Virus record (IMG/VR): IMGVR_UViG_3300020036_001703
DNA from: a virus
Lineage: Duplodnaviria; Heunggongvirae; Uroviricota; Caudoviricetes
DNA: 64,000 nucleotides
Reading direction: 5' to 3' (one strand)
Shown here: piece by piece, positions 20,195-29,202 of the stretch
How positions within the stretch are numbered: the first letter of the stretch is position 1
Layout: each line of letters starts with the position of its first letter
The notes under the pieces: model-generated
What the model saw: only the letters and a program-made list of their open reading frames with translations
Told to the model about the DNA's origin: nothing
Database searches by the model: none
Program-made: the position numbers and the translations under genes

Positions 20195-20711
20195 CTTGTT
20201 CTTTCAAAGTTAGTATCAGTTCTTTAAGATATTCATAAGAATATTTACGACTTAATACAAGTTTTTTAAACACTTCTTTTCTTTGTTTAGAGTTTGATCC
20301 AGTTTCCTGAAGTGCTTGAAGTATAGCTTCTTTCTGCTTTTCTGTCAAGGTATTGAATATTGAACAGATTTTCTTGATATGTCCTGGGTGTCTAAACCTT
20401 GAATCTGATTCTTGTTCTAAATATGCAGCACACTGTCGTAAGAAGTCAGACAACTTCCCAGGATACCAATAACTTAAGTATCGTACATGCAGATTTTCAA
20501 TCTTTCCAAGGGCTGCATTAGCTTGTCTATGTGCTACCCCTCGGACGTATTGATTAGCGTCATGTGAATGATCCAAACAGTGTTGCTTGGGTGGAATTTC
20601 AAGGCCAGTGATAGCACATCTATTCTCTTGTTCTTCAGTCAGAAGATCTCTAACTCTTTTGACATCTTTAATTGTATATAAATCTTCAGTCATTATTCTC
20701 CTTACAACCAT
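20163..20711 (-). CDS. endonuclease VII-like nuclease
   Basis: CAITG...HCLDHSHDANQYVRGVAHRQANAALG matches the recombination endonuclease VII zinc/HNH core. Confidence 0.6.
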   Translation of the reverse strand: MVVRRIMTEDLYTIKDVKRVRDLLTEEQENRCAITGLEIPPKQHCLDHSHDANQYVRGVAHRQANAALGKIENLHVRYLSYWYPGKLSDFLRQCAAYLEQESDSRFRHPGHIKKICSIFNTLTEKQKEAILQALQETGSNSKQRKEVFKKLVLSRKYSYEYLKELILTLKEQDAVVKSTKED

Positions 20712-21016
20712 GAGTAGTTATTAATTATCCAATCAGCAAAATTTAGTAGCTGTTCTGGAGTAGCATTAGATTTCATTGTATTAGCTAGATGACTAATAAC
20801 TTGAACATTACCTTTAACATATCCTTTAGTCGGATCAATCCTGTCTAAACTAGGAGAATTAGGCCCAACCTTGATCCCTTGTTTGTTTAGTTCAATTTGC
20901 AAAACAGGACAGTAATATGGAATTTGTAAATCCCTATATGTAATATCAAAATCTAAACCTTTCTTTTCTGCTCTATATTTTGCTTCCCTTACTAATTTTT
21001 TAAGATGAGCCTGCAT
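20702..21016 (-). CDS. HNH endonuclease
   Basis: SLDRIDPTKGYVKGNVQVISHLANTMK (HNH_3-type motif). Confidence 0.55.
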   Translation of the reverse strand: MQAHLKKLVREAKYRAEKKGLDFDITYRDLQIPYYCPVLQIELNKQGIKVGPNSPSLDRIDPTKGYVKGNVQVISHLANTMKSNATPEQLLNFADWIINNYSWL

Positions 21017-21169
21017 CTATTCATGCCAATCATTTCCACAATCGTCACAATGGTAATAAACTCTGATTACTTCACTACCATCTTCCAACAGGATAGTTTC
21101 ATCAAATGATGAAAGGTTGTAATGCTGGCAATGTTCAAAATCTTCTTCGTTATCTGCGTACTCATTCAT
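21017..21169 (-). CDS. small zinc-ribbon protein (not in ORF track)
   Basis: 50-aa ORF with GGAG RBS; HC...H...CDDC cluster. Confidence 0.3.
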   Translation of the reverse strand: MNEYADNEEDFEHCQHYNLSSFDETILLEDGSEVIRVYYHCDDCGNDWHE

Positions 21170-21189
21170 ATATTCTCCAATTCTGTAGA

Positions 21190-22185
21190 TCATTCATACA
21201 ATACTCCATATTTATTAAATAATTCTTTAGGATCTGAAGGATCGTCAATCCTTCGTTTCATCCAGCAGCATTTAAAATACAAATCAAGCATGAATTTCCA
21301 ATCTGCTTTAATTACTTTTTCATCCCAAGAAGTATATTCAAAAGGTTCAGGATACCATTCTTTATACTTTTGAATGACAATCTCAAGGCATTCTTTTACA
21401 GATTGAACATCGACTAAAAGATCGTATGCAGATTTAGCTCCAAAGACTGTATTAGCTAACTGATAGCCATGATAGTTATCTGAAGAATCTCCCCATAACC
21501 ATTGGAAGCATAAGAATTTAAGTCCATCACCTTTTACTGTAGGTGCCTTATATCTAAGCGAGCCAAGCTCGGGAACTTCTACAACTTTAGGTTTATCATC
21601 ATCAAAATTGTAGATAGAAAGTTTATCTCCTTGATAAGCATCTTTGTCTATAGTACTCACAATTGGAATATTACCTTTTGCAAGTTCTTCATACCCTCTA
21701 ATGCTTAAAGTGTCATCAGTTTCATGCCCTGAAGACTTTTTAGATCCGTGAACACGCTTCAAATAATCTTTAGCATCAGAAAGAAGTAAAGGGCGCATCA
21801 TAGTTTCACGTTGACCCTTATATCGACCTTTTGAGGGAACATCCTTAGCACTAGGTAAAGGTAAATCTAATCTGAAATTGTTTTCATCTTCAGCATAGAC
21901 TTCAAATTCATCAGCTTTAGTTTCTCTAACAATCTTTTCGATCTTCTGTCGAATAACTTTGAAACAGAATGCAGGAGATTCAGCTTCTTGTTGATCTTCA
22001 ATTGTGTAGTCTTCAGTAATTTCTTTATTCTTTTCTTTCATTACTTTCTTGAATGCTGTTCTAGTTTTGAAGCTTTTAGTAATTCCAGTTGGTTGATGAG
22101 TAACCAGAATACTTCTTTCTTCAGCAGCAGCAGCACACAAATAAGCAATAATGTCTCCATCAATTAATAGTATTCTTTTATTCAA
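21190..22185 (-). CDS. 5'-3' exonuclease / flap endonuclease (FEN, RNase H-like)
   Basis: N-terminal ILLIDGD..AY and STIDKDAYQ acidic motifs typical of T5 D15 / T4 RNase H family nucleases. Confidence 0.5.
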   Translation of the reverse strand: MNKRILLIDGDIIAYLCAAAAEERSILVTHQPTGITKSFKTRTAFKKVMKEKNKEITEDYTIEDQQEAESPAFCFKVIRQKIEKIVRETKADEFEVYAEDENNFRLDLPLPSAKDVPSKGRYKGQRETMMRPLLLSDAKDYLKRVHGSKKSSGHETDDTLSIRGYEELAKGNIPIVSTIDKDAYQGDKLSIYNFDDDKPKVVEVPELGSLRYKAPTVKGDGLKFLCFQWLWGDSSDNYHGYQLANTVFGAKSAYDLLVDVQSVKECLEIVIQKYKEWYPEPFEYTSWDEKVIKADWKFMLDLYFKCCWMKRRIDDPSDPKELFNKYGVLYE

Positions 22186-22585
22186 GATATTTCCTCCAAT
22201 CTAAATGAAATCTACAATTATTTGAAGCAAATTTAAATAATGGTGCAATCTCTGAATCAGAATATCCAGCTAAACCACAACCAATCTTGGTAACAACAAA
22301 AATAGCTTCAGGATTAGATCTAGCATAATGCAGAAAATCATCAACATAGTTTGAAATTTTACCAATCCCTAAAGTTTCAATATATCTGTCTTTAGTTGGG
22401 ATTGCATAAGATTGTTTATATGGGCCTACTCCAACTCCATATTGAGCACCAAAATATCGAAGTGCAACCTTTGCAGCACCTGCTCCATGTCTTCCAGCTT
22501 CATTAGATCCAAATACAAATATTTCATTTTCAGAAAGACTTGTAATATTCTCTTTATCGTAGTATTCAAACATTTGAACCTCCAA
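22178..22585 (-). CDS. hypothetical protein, possible LOG/SLOG-like Rossmann domain
   Basis: FVFGSNEAGRHGAGAAKVA...GVGVGP glycine-rich nucleotide-binding-type motifs. Confidence 0.4.
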   Translation of the reverse strand: MEVQMFEYYDKENITSLSENEIFVFGSNEAGRHGAGAAKVALRYFGAQYGVGVGPYKQSYAIPTKDRYIETLGIGKISNYVDDFLHYARSNPEAIFVVTKIGCGLAGYSDSEIAPLFKFASNNCRFHLDWRKYLE

Positions 22586-22611
22586 TGAGAAAAAGCCCCG
22601 AAGGGCTTTTA

Positions 22612-22863
22612 TTAACCAGCAAGATCTTGAATCTTCTGTAACTGAGCCTTAGCCTTATCCTCAAGGTCAGAGATCTTGTTATAAGCTTTAGCTTTGGCAA
22701 TTGTCTTGATCAAAGAAACATCTTCAACTTCATCTTCCTTAGCTTGGTCAATCAAATCCTTAATATCTTGGTCAAGTTCCCAAGTTTCATTGAAAATCTT
22801 AACGAGCTTCTCAAACAGAGTTTCTTCTGTCAACTTTTCCTTAACTTCTGTAGTTTCTGTCAT
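22612..22863 (-). CDS. hypothetical acidic coiled-coil protein
   Basis: 83 aa, terminator-like hairpin downstream. Confidence 0.4.
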   Translation of the reverse strand: MTETTEVKEKLTEETLFEKLVKIFNETWELDQDIKDLIDQAKEDEVEDVSLIKTIAKAKAYNKISDLEDKAKAQLQKIQDLAG

Positions 22864-22864
22864 A

Positions 22865-23059
22865 TTAATCCTTATTACGTTTCACATTACTTGCAAATAC
22901 CCACATCAGAAATGCAGACGCCAGCCATTCAAAGATACCATACTTAATTGCCAATACTGGGAACAACGTATTAAGACTTGCAATCAAAGCCAAAGGCCAA
23001 GCCACAATTAGAACAGCAACCAACAGAATAGTAATTAAACTAACAATAATATTTTGCAT
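22865..23059 (-). CDS. small membrane protein
   Basis: 64 aa, two hydrophobic helices. Confidence 0.35.
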   Translation of the reverse strand: MQNIIVSLITILLVAVLIVAWPLALIASLNTLFPVLAIKYGIFEWLASAFLMWVFASNVKRNKD

Positions 23060-23140
23060 ATTTTCCTTTTAAATTTCAGGTTAGGTAGGGCTTGGTATCA
23101 CCCTGCCTATTTAAATTGATCCTAGAGCGTTTCAGAGGCT

Positions 23141-24091
23141 TTAGAACGGCGAATCTGTGTCATCAACAGGTGTCTTTTCAGGAAGGCTTGCAGACTTCAC
23201 AGGCTTAGACTCAGGAACAGGCTTTGGAGTTTCATCTTGAGAACCTGTACCTTCAAGTTGCTTTTGAATTTCACTACCTTCGTAGTTCTTAGCACGCTTG
23301 ATTGTATTAATGACATGGTTGCGGAGATTGTGCAGAGATTCTTCCGAATTTGGCGCAGTGAACTGAACACAGAATGGAGGGTTGACAATCTCTGGAGTTG
23401 ACTGACCACGACCCAAACCACCATTGAACTTGATATATTCAGTCAAATACTTCTTGCCCTTAACTTCTTTGAAGTAGATTTGAGTCTCAAACTGAAAAGC
23501 CTTACCAAGCAATTGATCAATATCACGAGGCTTGAAAACCTCATCAGATTTAATCAGTTTACAGGCAACAGCCATCTTGTGAAACAAGTGCTTCTTGTCA
23601 AAAGACCAAGCACCAAGAGAGGTGTTTTCCTTAAGAGGTGTAGGACGACCAACAACCATACCTACATCATGAATAAAGAATTGACCACCAAGCCACAGTC
23701 GAAGAGGTTGAGGATTAGATTCACCAAAGAATTGACCCTTGTCAATGATGATATCAGGGAAGTCTACAGATACTGCAACGGATTGAATAGGCTTTTGAGG
23801 CCAGCACTTCAGTCGAACAGGCTTCTTAGTTTCTTCATCAATACCATCCTTAAAATAAGTCAAAGGATGCTTTTCGATTGCTGCCGCTTCATCGGCTTCA
23901 TCACCATTGAACACAATTTCTGCATCATCTTGTTCTTGTTCACCAAGATCAACAATACCAGAAATATAGCCCGCCAAAACTTCCTTAGTTTCCAAACCAG
24001 CAGTCTCAACAAGATACTGATTCATCTTTTCATAATCAACCTTAGGCTGATCTGATTCACTACGAGTTGCTGCTGTAACATTAAATGCCAT
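23141..24091 (-). CDS. ssb: single-stranded DNA-binding protein, putative
   Basis: 316 aa ending in acidic tail ...DDTDSPF (compare bacterial SSB DDDIPF). Confidence 0.5.
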   Translation of the reverse strand: MAFNVTAATRSESDQPKVDYEKMNQYLVETAGLETKEVLAGYISGIVDLGEQEQDDAEIVFNGDEADEAAAIEKHPLTYFKDGIDEETKKPVRLKCWPQKPIQSVAVSVDFPDIIIDKGQFFGESNPQPLRLWLGGQFFIHDVGMVVGRPTPLKENTSLGAWSFDKKHLFHKMAVACKLIKSDEVFKPRDIDQLLGKAFQFETQIYFKEVKGKKYLTEYIKFNGGLGRGQSTPEIVNPPFCVQFTAPNSEESLHNLRNHVINTIKRAKNYEGSEIQKQLEGTGSQDETPKPVPESKPVKSASLPEKTPVDDTDSPF

Positions 24092-24270
24092 AAATATTCT
24101 CCATTAAAATTAATAAACTATTACGCTAGTTTAGGGCTTATATATTCCAGCTTACTCAAAGCTGGCCAATTTATTGTCCTGCTTACTATACTACAGGGTC
24201 AGTGCCCCCCGGCTAGGTCCAGGGCTTAGTATGCTTTCACATACTCTGACAGATCAAGCTTAATTATAAC

Positions 24271-26001
24271 TTACTTTGGAAGATTAGACAATAGTTCAGC
24301 ACGAATGTCATCCAAAGTATATTCAGTTACAATATGTCCACTATCGAAATAAGTTACAAAACAATCGTTATCTTGATCTGCTTCCGTAGCTTGTTCCTTC
24401 AAATAGAAACCTTTTTCATTCTTAAATACTGCAACCAAGCCCTTTGCACTCTTCTTTTCTCGGCTACCAGTCTTAGGATCTTTGTAAAGATCAACTGAAT
24501 AATCGTTGGCATCTTCATCGTAGAAAGTAGCATGAGTTGCTTTAATTGCCATGCTGAAGGTGTCACGAGTGTTGAATTGGTATGTGAAAGAACCTACACC
24601 AAAAATAACGTTCGTTGATGCAAAACCATTTTCCTTAAGGCGACTCAGAATTTCTTCCAGATTACGCATTGTAATAGAATCTCCATAAATCAGACCAATC
24701 TTAGAATCTAACTGCTTATAACCCTTAGCTGTTTCAGTACCTCCAAAAATATCCCAAAGAGTTTGAATAGAGCCTACAGCAACGTGTTTTGGAATTTCTT
24801 CGACAAGATCATATCCATAGCAGAAACCATCCCATGTATCATAGTGAGGTTCAATAATATGATATTTACCATCGACAATCACTACTTCATACTCATCTGC
24901 AATTTCAGCGTTAGTTAAACCTTGGGGATCTTTATCAGTGTCATAAATCTTATAACCAGCAATGATATGCAAAGGATTACCAGAATCAGGACGAATAACC
25001 AAACGAGTAGGAACAGGACTATCAGTTTCCTTACGAGACAACACAACATCTTTGATACGAGGAAGAATACTTGTCAGAACACCCCAATAATCAAAGGTAT
25101 CAGTAACGTAAGAGAAAATACCAGTTGGGAAAACCTTTGTAATCATCTTTACGATGAAGATTTGTTCAGCCTGTTCCAACAGCGGAATACTTTCATCCCT
25201 TGCAGTATCTTCATACTTACCAAATTTTTCCAGTTGATAAGAGATATTCAAGATATTAGAACTTGCAACACTGTGTTCAGTTGCTGGAACAGAACCAGCG
25301 ATGTAACCTTGTGGACTATAATACTTCTTTGCATAGGCAATAGTAGGAATATTATCTGAACCAATTGCAGACAGCAAGTGACCAAAGTTCACATTACCAT
25401 TTCGACCATCCAGCAAACCACGCAGAGAAAAGTCATGCATTTGATAACCAACAACAAATGGATTTGCTTCACCAACAGTTTCCAATGCATAAGCTTCCAA
25501 AACCTTACGGAATTCAAAAGCAACAGTTGCATTAGTAATCATAGGCCACAGATAATTACTGATCAGAGTTTCAAGATAATTGGTCAACCAACCAAAACCT
25601 GGAACAGTATTCTTGACTCGAATAAAAGGAACACCCATTGGAACCAAAGAACCTTCTGGTAGTGCTTGAACCTTGATTGGGAGATATTGCAAATTGTGCA
25701 GGCGAGTAATGTGATCAACTGAAATAACACCAGGACCAAAAATACCATCCATCATTTCAACATATTCATCTACAACTTCAGTCAAAGGACGAGAGAAGAA
25801 ATTACGATTAAAGCTATCAATCAAGTATTCCTTTGTCAAACCTTGGAAACCAGTAGCAACTACTTTACCATTATATGTACTCGTTCCCTTGAATCGTGAA
25901 TCGCTTCGCGCTGTCATATTACTTTCAAGAGTGTGCATAAGAGGATCGTACATAAAAGGGTGCCCAATCTTGTAGCAATCCGTGATAAACATTGGATTCA
26001 T
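24271..26001 (-). CDS. nadV: nicotinamide phosphoribosyltransferase-like (NAMPT/NadV or Namat)
   Basis: N-terminus MNPMFITDCYKIGHPFMY matches the NAMPT N-terminal signature (NadV MNPILNTDSYK...); 576 aa. Confidence 0.8.
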   Translation of the reverse strand: MNPMFITDCYKIGHPFMYDPLMHTLESNMTARSDSRFKGTSTYNGKVVATGFQGLTKEYLIDSFNRNFFSRPLTEVVDEYVEMMDGIFGPGVISVDHITRLHNLQYLPIKVQALPEGSLVPMGVPFIRVKNTVPGFGWLTNYLETLISNYLWPMITNATVAFEFRKVLEAYALETVGEANPFVVGYQMHDFSLRGLLDGRNGNVNFGHLLSAIGSDNIPTIAYAKKYYSPQGYIAGSVPATEHSVASSNILNISYQLEKFGKYEDTARDESIPLLEQAEQIFIVKMITKVFPTGIFSYVTDTFDYWGVLTSILPRIKDVVLSRKETDSPVPTRLVIRPDSGNPLHIIAGYKIYDTDKDPQGLTNAEIADEYEVVIVDGKYHIIEPHYDTWDGFCYGYDLVEEIPKHVAVGSIQTLWDIFGGTETAKGYKQLDSKIGLIYGDSITMRNLEEILSRLKENGFASTNVIFGVGSFTYQFNTRDTFSMAIKATHATFYDEDANDYSVDLYKDPKTGSREKKSAKGLVAVFKNEKGFYLKEQATEADQDNDCFVTYFDSGHIVTEYTLDDIRAELLSNLPK

Positions 26002-26817
26002 TTAAATTTCCTTTACAAAGTTAATTACATCAATGTCTTTTGACATTAAATTACAGACATAGATATTATCGAAATTTTCCTTCAGCTTGTCAATACCTGC
26101 TGTAAAGAAGCCATGTGTAATATACAACGATAATTCAGTAAGATTTGGTTGAGTTCTTCGAAGCATTTTAGCACAAGCTAAGAATGTTCCTCCGCCATCA
26201 CATAAGTCATCTACAATACAAGCACTTCCTTTAATCGTATTATATTCATAATCCATATATTTGATTGTAGAACCAATACGTTGCTTGTTTAAAGTCACCA
26301 GATTACTATCATCTAGTGTCACTTGGGCTATATATTTTGCTTTACCATGAGACCCTTTATCTGGAGCAATTAGGTAATCAAATACTGGAATTTTAGTCCA
26401 GATACATTCATATTGAGGAACATTTTGAAGTGTTGGAATTTCTTGCATTGCAACTTCACTATGCACATCCAAAGTATCAATTGATACTCCAGTAGTATTT
26501 AGAATACTTGCAAAAACTTGTAGTGCAAAAGATTCCCCAGGATGACATACACGATCTTGCCTTGAATATGGAAGGTAAGGAAGTCTAAGAACAATCCTCC
26601 CTTCTTCAATTCCAAGAATCTTTAAAGCATCAACTGCTTGAAGGGCAGCAAAGATATCATCATTAGATTCAAACTTACAATTTACTTCATAAGTAGCACC
26701 ACTTGGTTTAATCTTTTTAGGCTCAAGAAACTTAAATCCAACTTCACCTGTAGGAAATTTCCAAACCTTAATTGGAACTTCCTCGATGTGTACTGAAAAT
26801 TTCCTAACTTCAATCAT
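26002..26817 (-). CDS. ribose-phosphate pyrophosphokinase-like (Prs/Adps-like)
   Basis: PRPP-binding-type loop ACIVDDLCDGGGTF; abuts the NAMPT-like gene with no gap. Confidence 0.75.
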   Translation of the reverse strand: MIEVRKFSVHIEEVPIKVWKFPTGEVGFKFLEPKKIKPSGATYEVNCKFESNDDIFAALQAVDALKILGIEEGRIVLRLPYLPYSRQDRVCHPGESFALQVFASILNTTGVSIDTLDVHSEVAMQEIPTLQNVPQYECIWTKIPVFDYLIAPDKGSHGKAKYIAQVTLDDSNLVTLNKQRIGSTIKYMDYEYNTIKGSACIVDDLCDGGGTFLACAKMLRRTQPNLTELSLYITHGFFTAGIDKLKENFDNIYVCNLMSKDIDVINFVKEI

Positions 26818-26992
26818 TCTTTTTCACCCAGATAATTTTTGGAAGACAGCACTTATAAACTTCTTGAGAAGAATTACAACCTTCTTCAATCGGTTTATCG
26901 AAAAATTCACAACCTTCACAACTTCCAATTTCTGGAGTAAGAAGTGCAGCAGGTTGTGTCACATAAGTTACATCTTTAAATTTGAATTCCAT
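26810..26992 (-). CDS. small Cys-rich protein
   Basis: 60 aa, AAAGGAAAT RBS, CEGCE...C...CC. Confidence 0.4.
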   Translation of the reverse strand: MEFKFKDVTYVTQPAALLTPEIGSCEGCEFFDKPIEEGCNSSQEVYKCCLPKIIWVKKND

Positions 26993-27073
26993 CGTATTTC
27001 CTTTCGATTATTATCGAACCTGCAGAGTTAATGTAGGAGAGTGTACCAATAACTTGTGAGTGTGTCAATAACC

Positions 27074-29191
27074 TTAGTGGACATCTTTCCAACTGCCATT
27101 AAAAGCAATCTTACCTTCACCTGCAAGGGGTAGGCTCAACTTCAGAAACTCACCAGCTTTCACAATTGCCTTGACACTGTGCTCTTTAACCCAGTCCTGA
27201 GATCCCTCCTCACATTCCCATGAGTACTCGTCATGCACCATTGAGATACGCTTTACCTTCTTGCCGTTGATAAGGTAATAAGGCCTACCAAGGTCATCAA
27301 GGTACATATCACCTAACCATGTGTCCATCAAGCAAGCTGCGTAGGACATGCTGATAGCACCAAGGCCTTGCCCTAGACAGGATAGTAGCACATTCTTTCC
27401 TCTAACAGAGACTAATCGCCCATCAATAGCAGGAATGTGCTTCTTTTTACCTGTTGTTTCAAAGTAACTCTCAACTGCTTTCTTCAATGCACCGAGCCCT
27501 TTGTTCTTTTCCCAGTAGTTATCAAAAGCTTTTTGACCGTCAACTTTTGACAGACCTAAACTACTTGCAAGTTTAGGGGCACCACCACCGAAGGCTAGTA
27601 AATACGCACCCGTCTTCGCCTTATTTCTCCATGTCTTAAACTTAGGATCTTCCTTGTTTTCAGGATTATTTATATCAAACTCTTTATGCAAGTGTGGAAA
27701 GAATGCGAAGGCATTGAAACTATGTGGATCACCTTCTGTTTGCATTCTAGCAAATGCACCGCCATCATATTTGAAAGTATAGTGGCTAAGTGTTCGATTC
27801 TCTAGGGCCGCCGCGTCAGTACCAGCATACCAATTACCTTCATCAACAACAAACAAATCCCGCATTTCAGAACCAAGCAAAACCTTTGGGTCAGCTTTAG
27901 GGCAATTTACCACTGTCTTATGCTTCACCCTAGAAGTAGGGGCGTAGCCGCTAATCTCTGCACTTAGTCTACCATCAAAACTGATTCTCCAATTATTAAG
28001 CCAGCCTGTAACAACACCAAGGCGATTCCTATATGAAAGAAACTTAACAACCTTTGCTGGAATCTCTCCGTTAAGCTTCAACAAGTTAGGGCAGAGTTGT
28101 CCAGCGTGATTAATTTTAGGGGTTGTTTTAATAAACTTCCCTTTCTCATCACGGATATTCTTACCATCAGACCCTTTCTTAAAATTCCAGTGATCTTCCG
28201 AAGGTTCCCATCCGTGTTGAATAAAATAGTCCTTCATTTCTACACTATCGTCAATCTCCATAGGGAGCTTAACTGGGAAAACTGCATTTGCTTCAAGTGT
28301 AGCAGACAGACCATAAGCGTAGATAATGCCGTCAATGAGCTTTGCTTGGTGCTTATCCAACCACTTCTGCATATTCGCACTAAGATCACCAGCTTTAGTA
28401 TAAGGTTTTGCTGGCATCTTATACAAGGCTTGTTCAGCAGTCTTCAGTTCACGCTTAGGGAGAAGAGGGTCAACCTCATCTTTTAGAATCTGCATTTTTT
28501 CTTGGATATGTGCCTGTAGAGCTTTAGCCCTTTCTGTATGGAACTTGACACCAGTGTATGCTTGTGCAGAGTAAAGCCAATAGTCCTTCTGCATTTGTCT
28601 AAATGATGGGTGAACCCACTCGGAGTACAAAGCCTGAGCTTCTTTCCATAGTTTTTTTACTTCCCTAATTGCACTATCAGTATCTCGATCACAGTAAGGA
28701 ATCATAAGCTCATGCCAAAAAGAAAACTCATGTCCTTTAGGATCGGAGTCTTGCATAGCTCCAGCACGAATCAAACTATTTCTATAGTTGATCTTACCAT
28801 CCTCGTTCTCTTCGCCACCTGACACATACTCCAATGAGTGTTTTGGTGAATTAGGGTGTAGAAACATACTAAGAACAAAACCATCTACAAACTGTACTTG
28901 TTTATCTCCTAAGAAGTCCTTCCCATTCTTTCCGACTTTTGGTTTGATATCAAAGAACTTCCAAAGCATCCAAAGATCATACCCAAGGGTGTTCCACCCT
29001 ACAACTTCTCCACCATCTTCAAAAGAGTTAATCCATTTCAGTAATTTTTGTTTAGTAGAGTCTTTACCATCCCTAAAAGGGAATAGGCTGAGTTCTCTTG
29101 TACCATCACAAGATTTCAGCCGAATATACCAAATCTTCTTAGAAAGAAGATAAAGGTTATCAGCCTCGATGTCAAATCCCCATCCTTTCAT
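27074..29191 (-). CDS. DNA polymerase, family A (T7-like)
   Basis: Exo I GFDIEAD at the N-terminus; motif C ...MVHDEY...; 705 aa. Confidence 0.8.
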   Translation of the reverse strand: MKGWGFDIEADNLYLLSKKIWYIRLKSCDGTRELSLFPFRDGKDSTKQKLLKWINSFEDGGEVVGWNTLGYDLWMLWKFFDIKPKVGKNGKDFLGDKQVQFVDGFVLSMFLHPNSPKHSLEYVSGGEENEDGKINYRNSLIRAGAMQDSDPKGHEFSFWHELMIPYCDRDTDSAIREVKKLWKEAQALYSEWVHPSFRQMQKDYWLYSAQAYTGVKFHTERAKALQAHIQEKMQILKDEVDPLLPKRELKTAEQALYKMPAKPYTKAGDLSANMQKWLDKHQAKLIDGIIYAYGLSATLEANAVFPVKLPMEIDDSVEMKDYFIQHGWEPSEDHWNFKKGSDGKNIRDEKGKFIKTTPKINHAGQLCPNLLKLNGEIPAKVVKFLSYRNRLGVVTGWLNNWRISFDGRLSAEISGYAPTSRVKHKTVVNCPKADPKVLLGSEMRDLFVVDEGNWYAGTDAAALENRTLSHYTFKYDGGAFARMQTEGDPHSFNAFAFFPHLHKEFDINNPENKEDPKFKTWRNKAKTGAYLLAFGGGAPKLASSLGLSKVDGQKAFDNYWEKNKGLGALKKAVESYFETTGKKKHIPAIDGRLVSVRGKNVLLSCLGQGLGAISMSYAACLMDTWLGDMYLDDLGRPYYLINGKKVKRISMVHDEYSWECEEGSQDWVKEHSVKAIVKAGEFLKLSLPLAGEGKIAFNGSWKDVH

Positions 29192-29202
29192 AACTTCCTT
29201 TC

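Noticed and set aside
23480-24055. 191-aa plus-strand ORF
   Set aside because: It is antisense to the SSB gene in a minus-strand operon and has low-complexity composition
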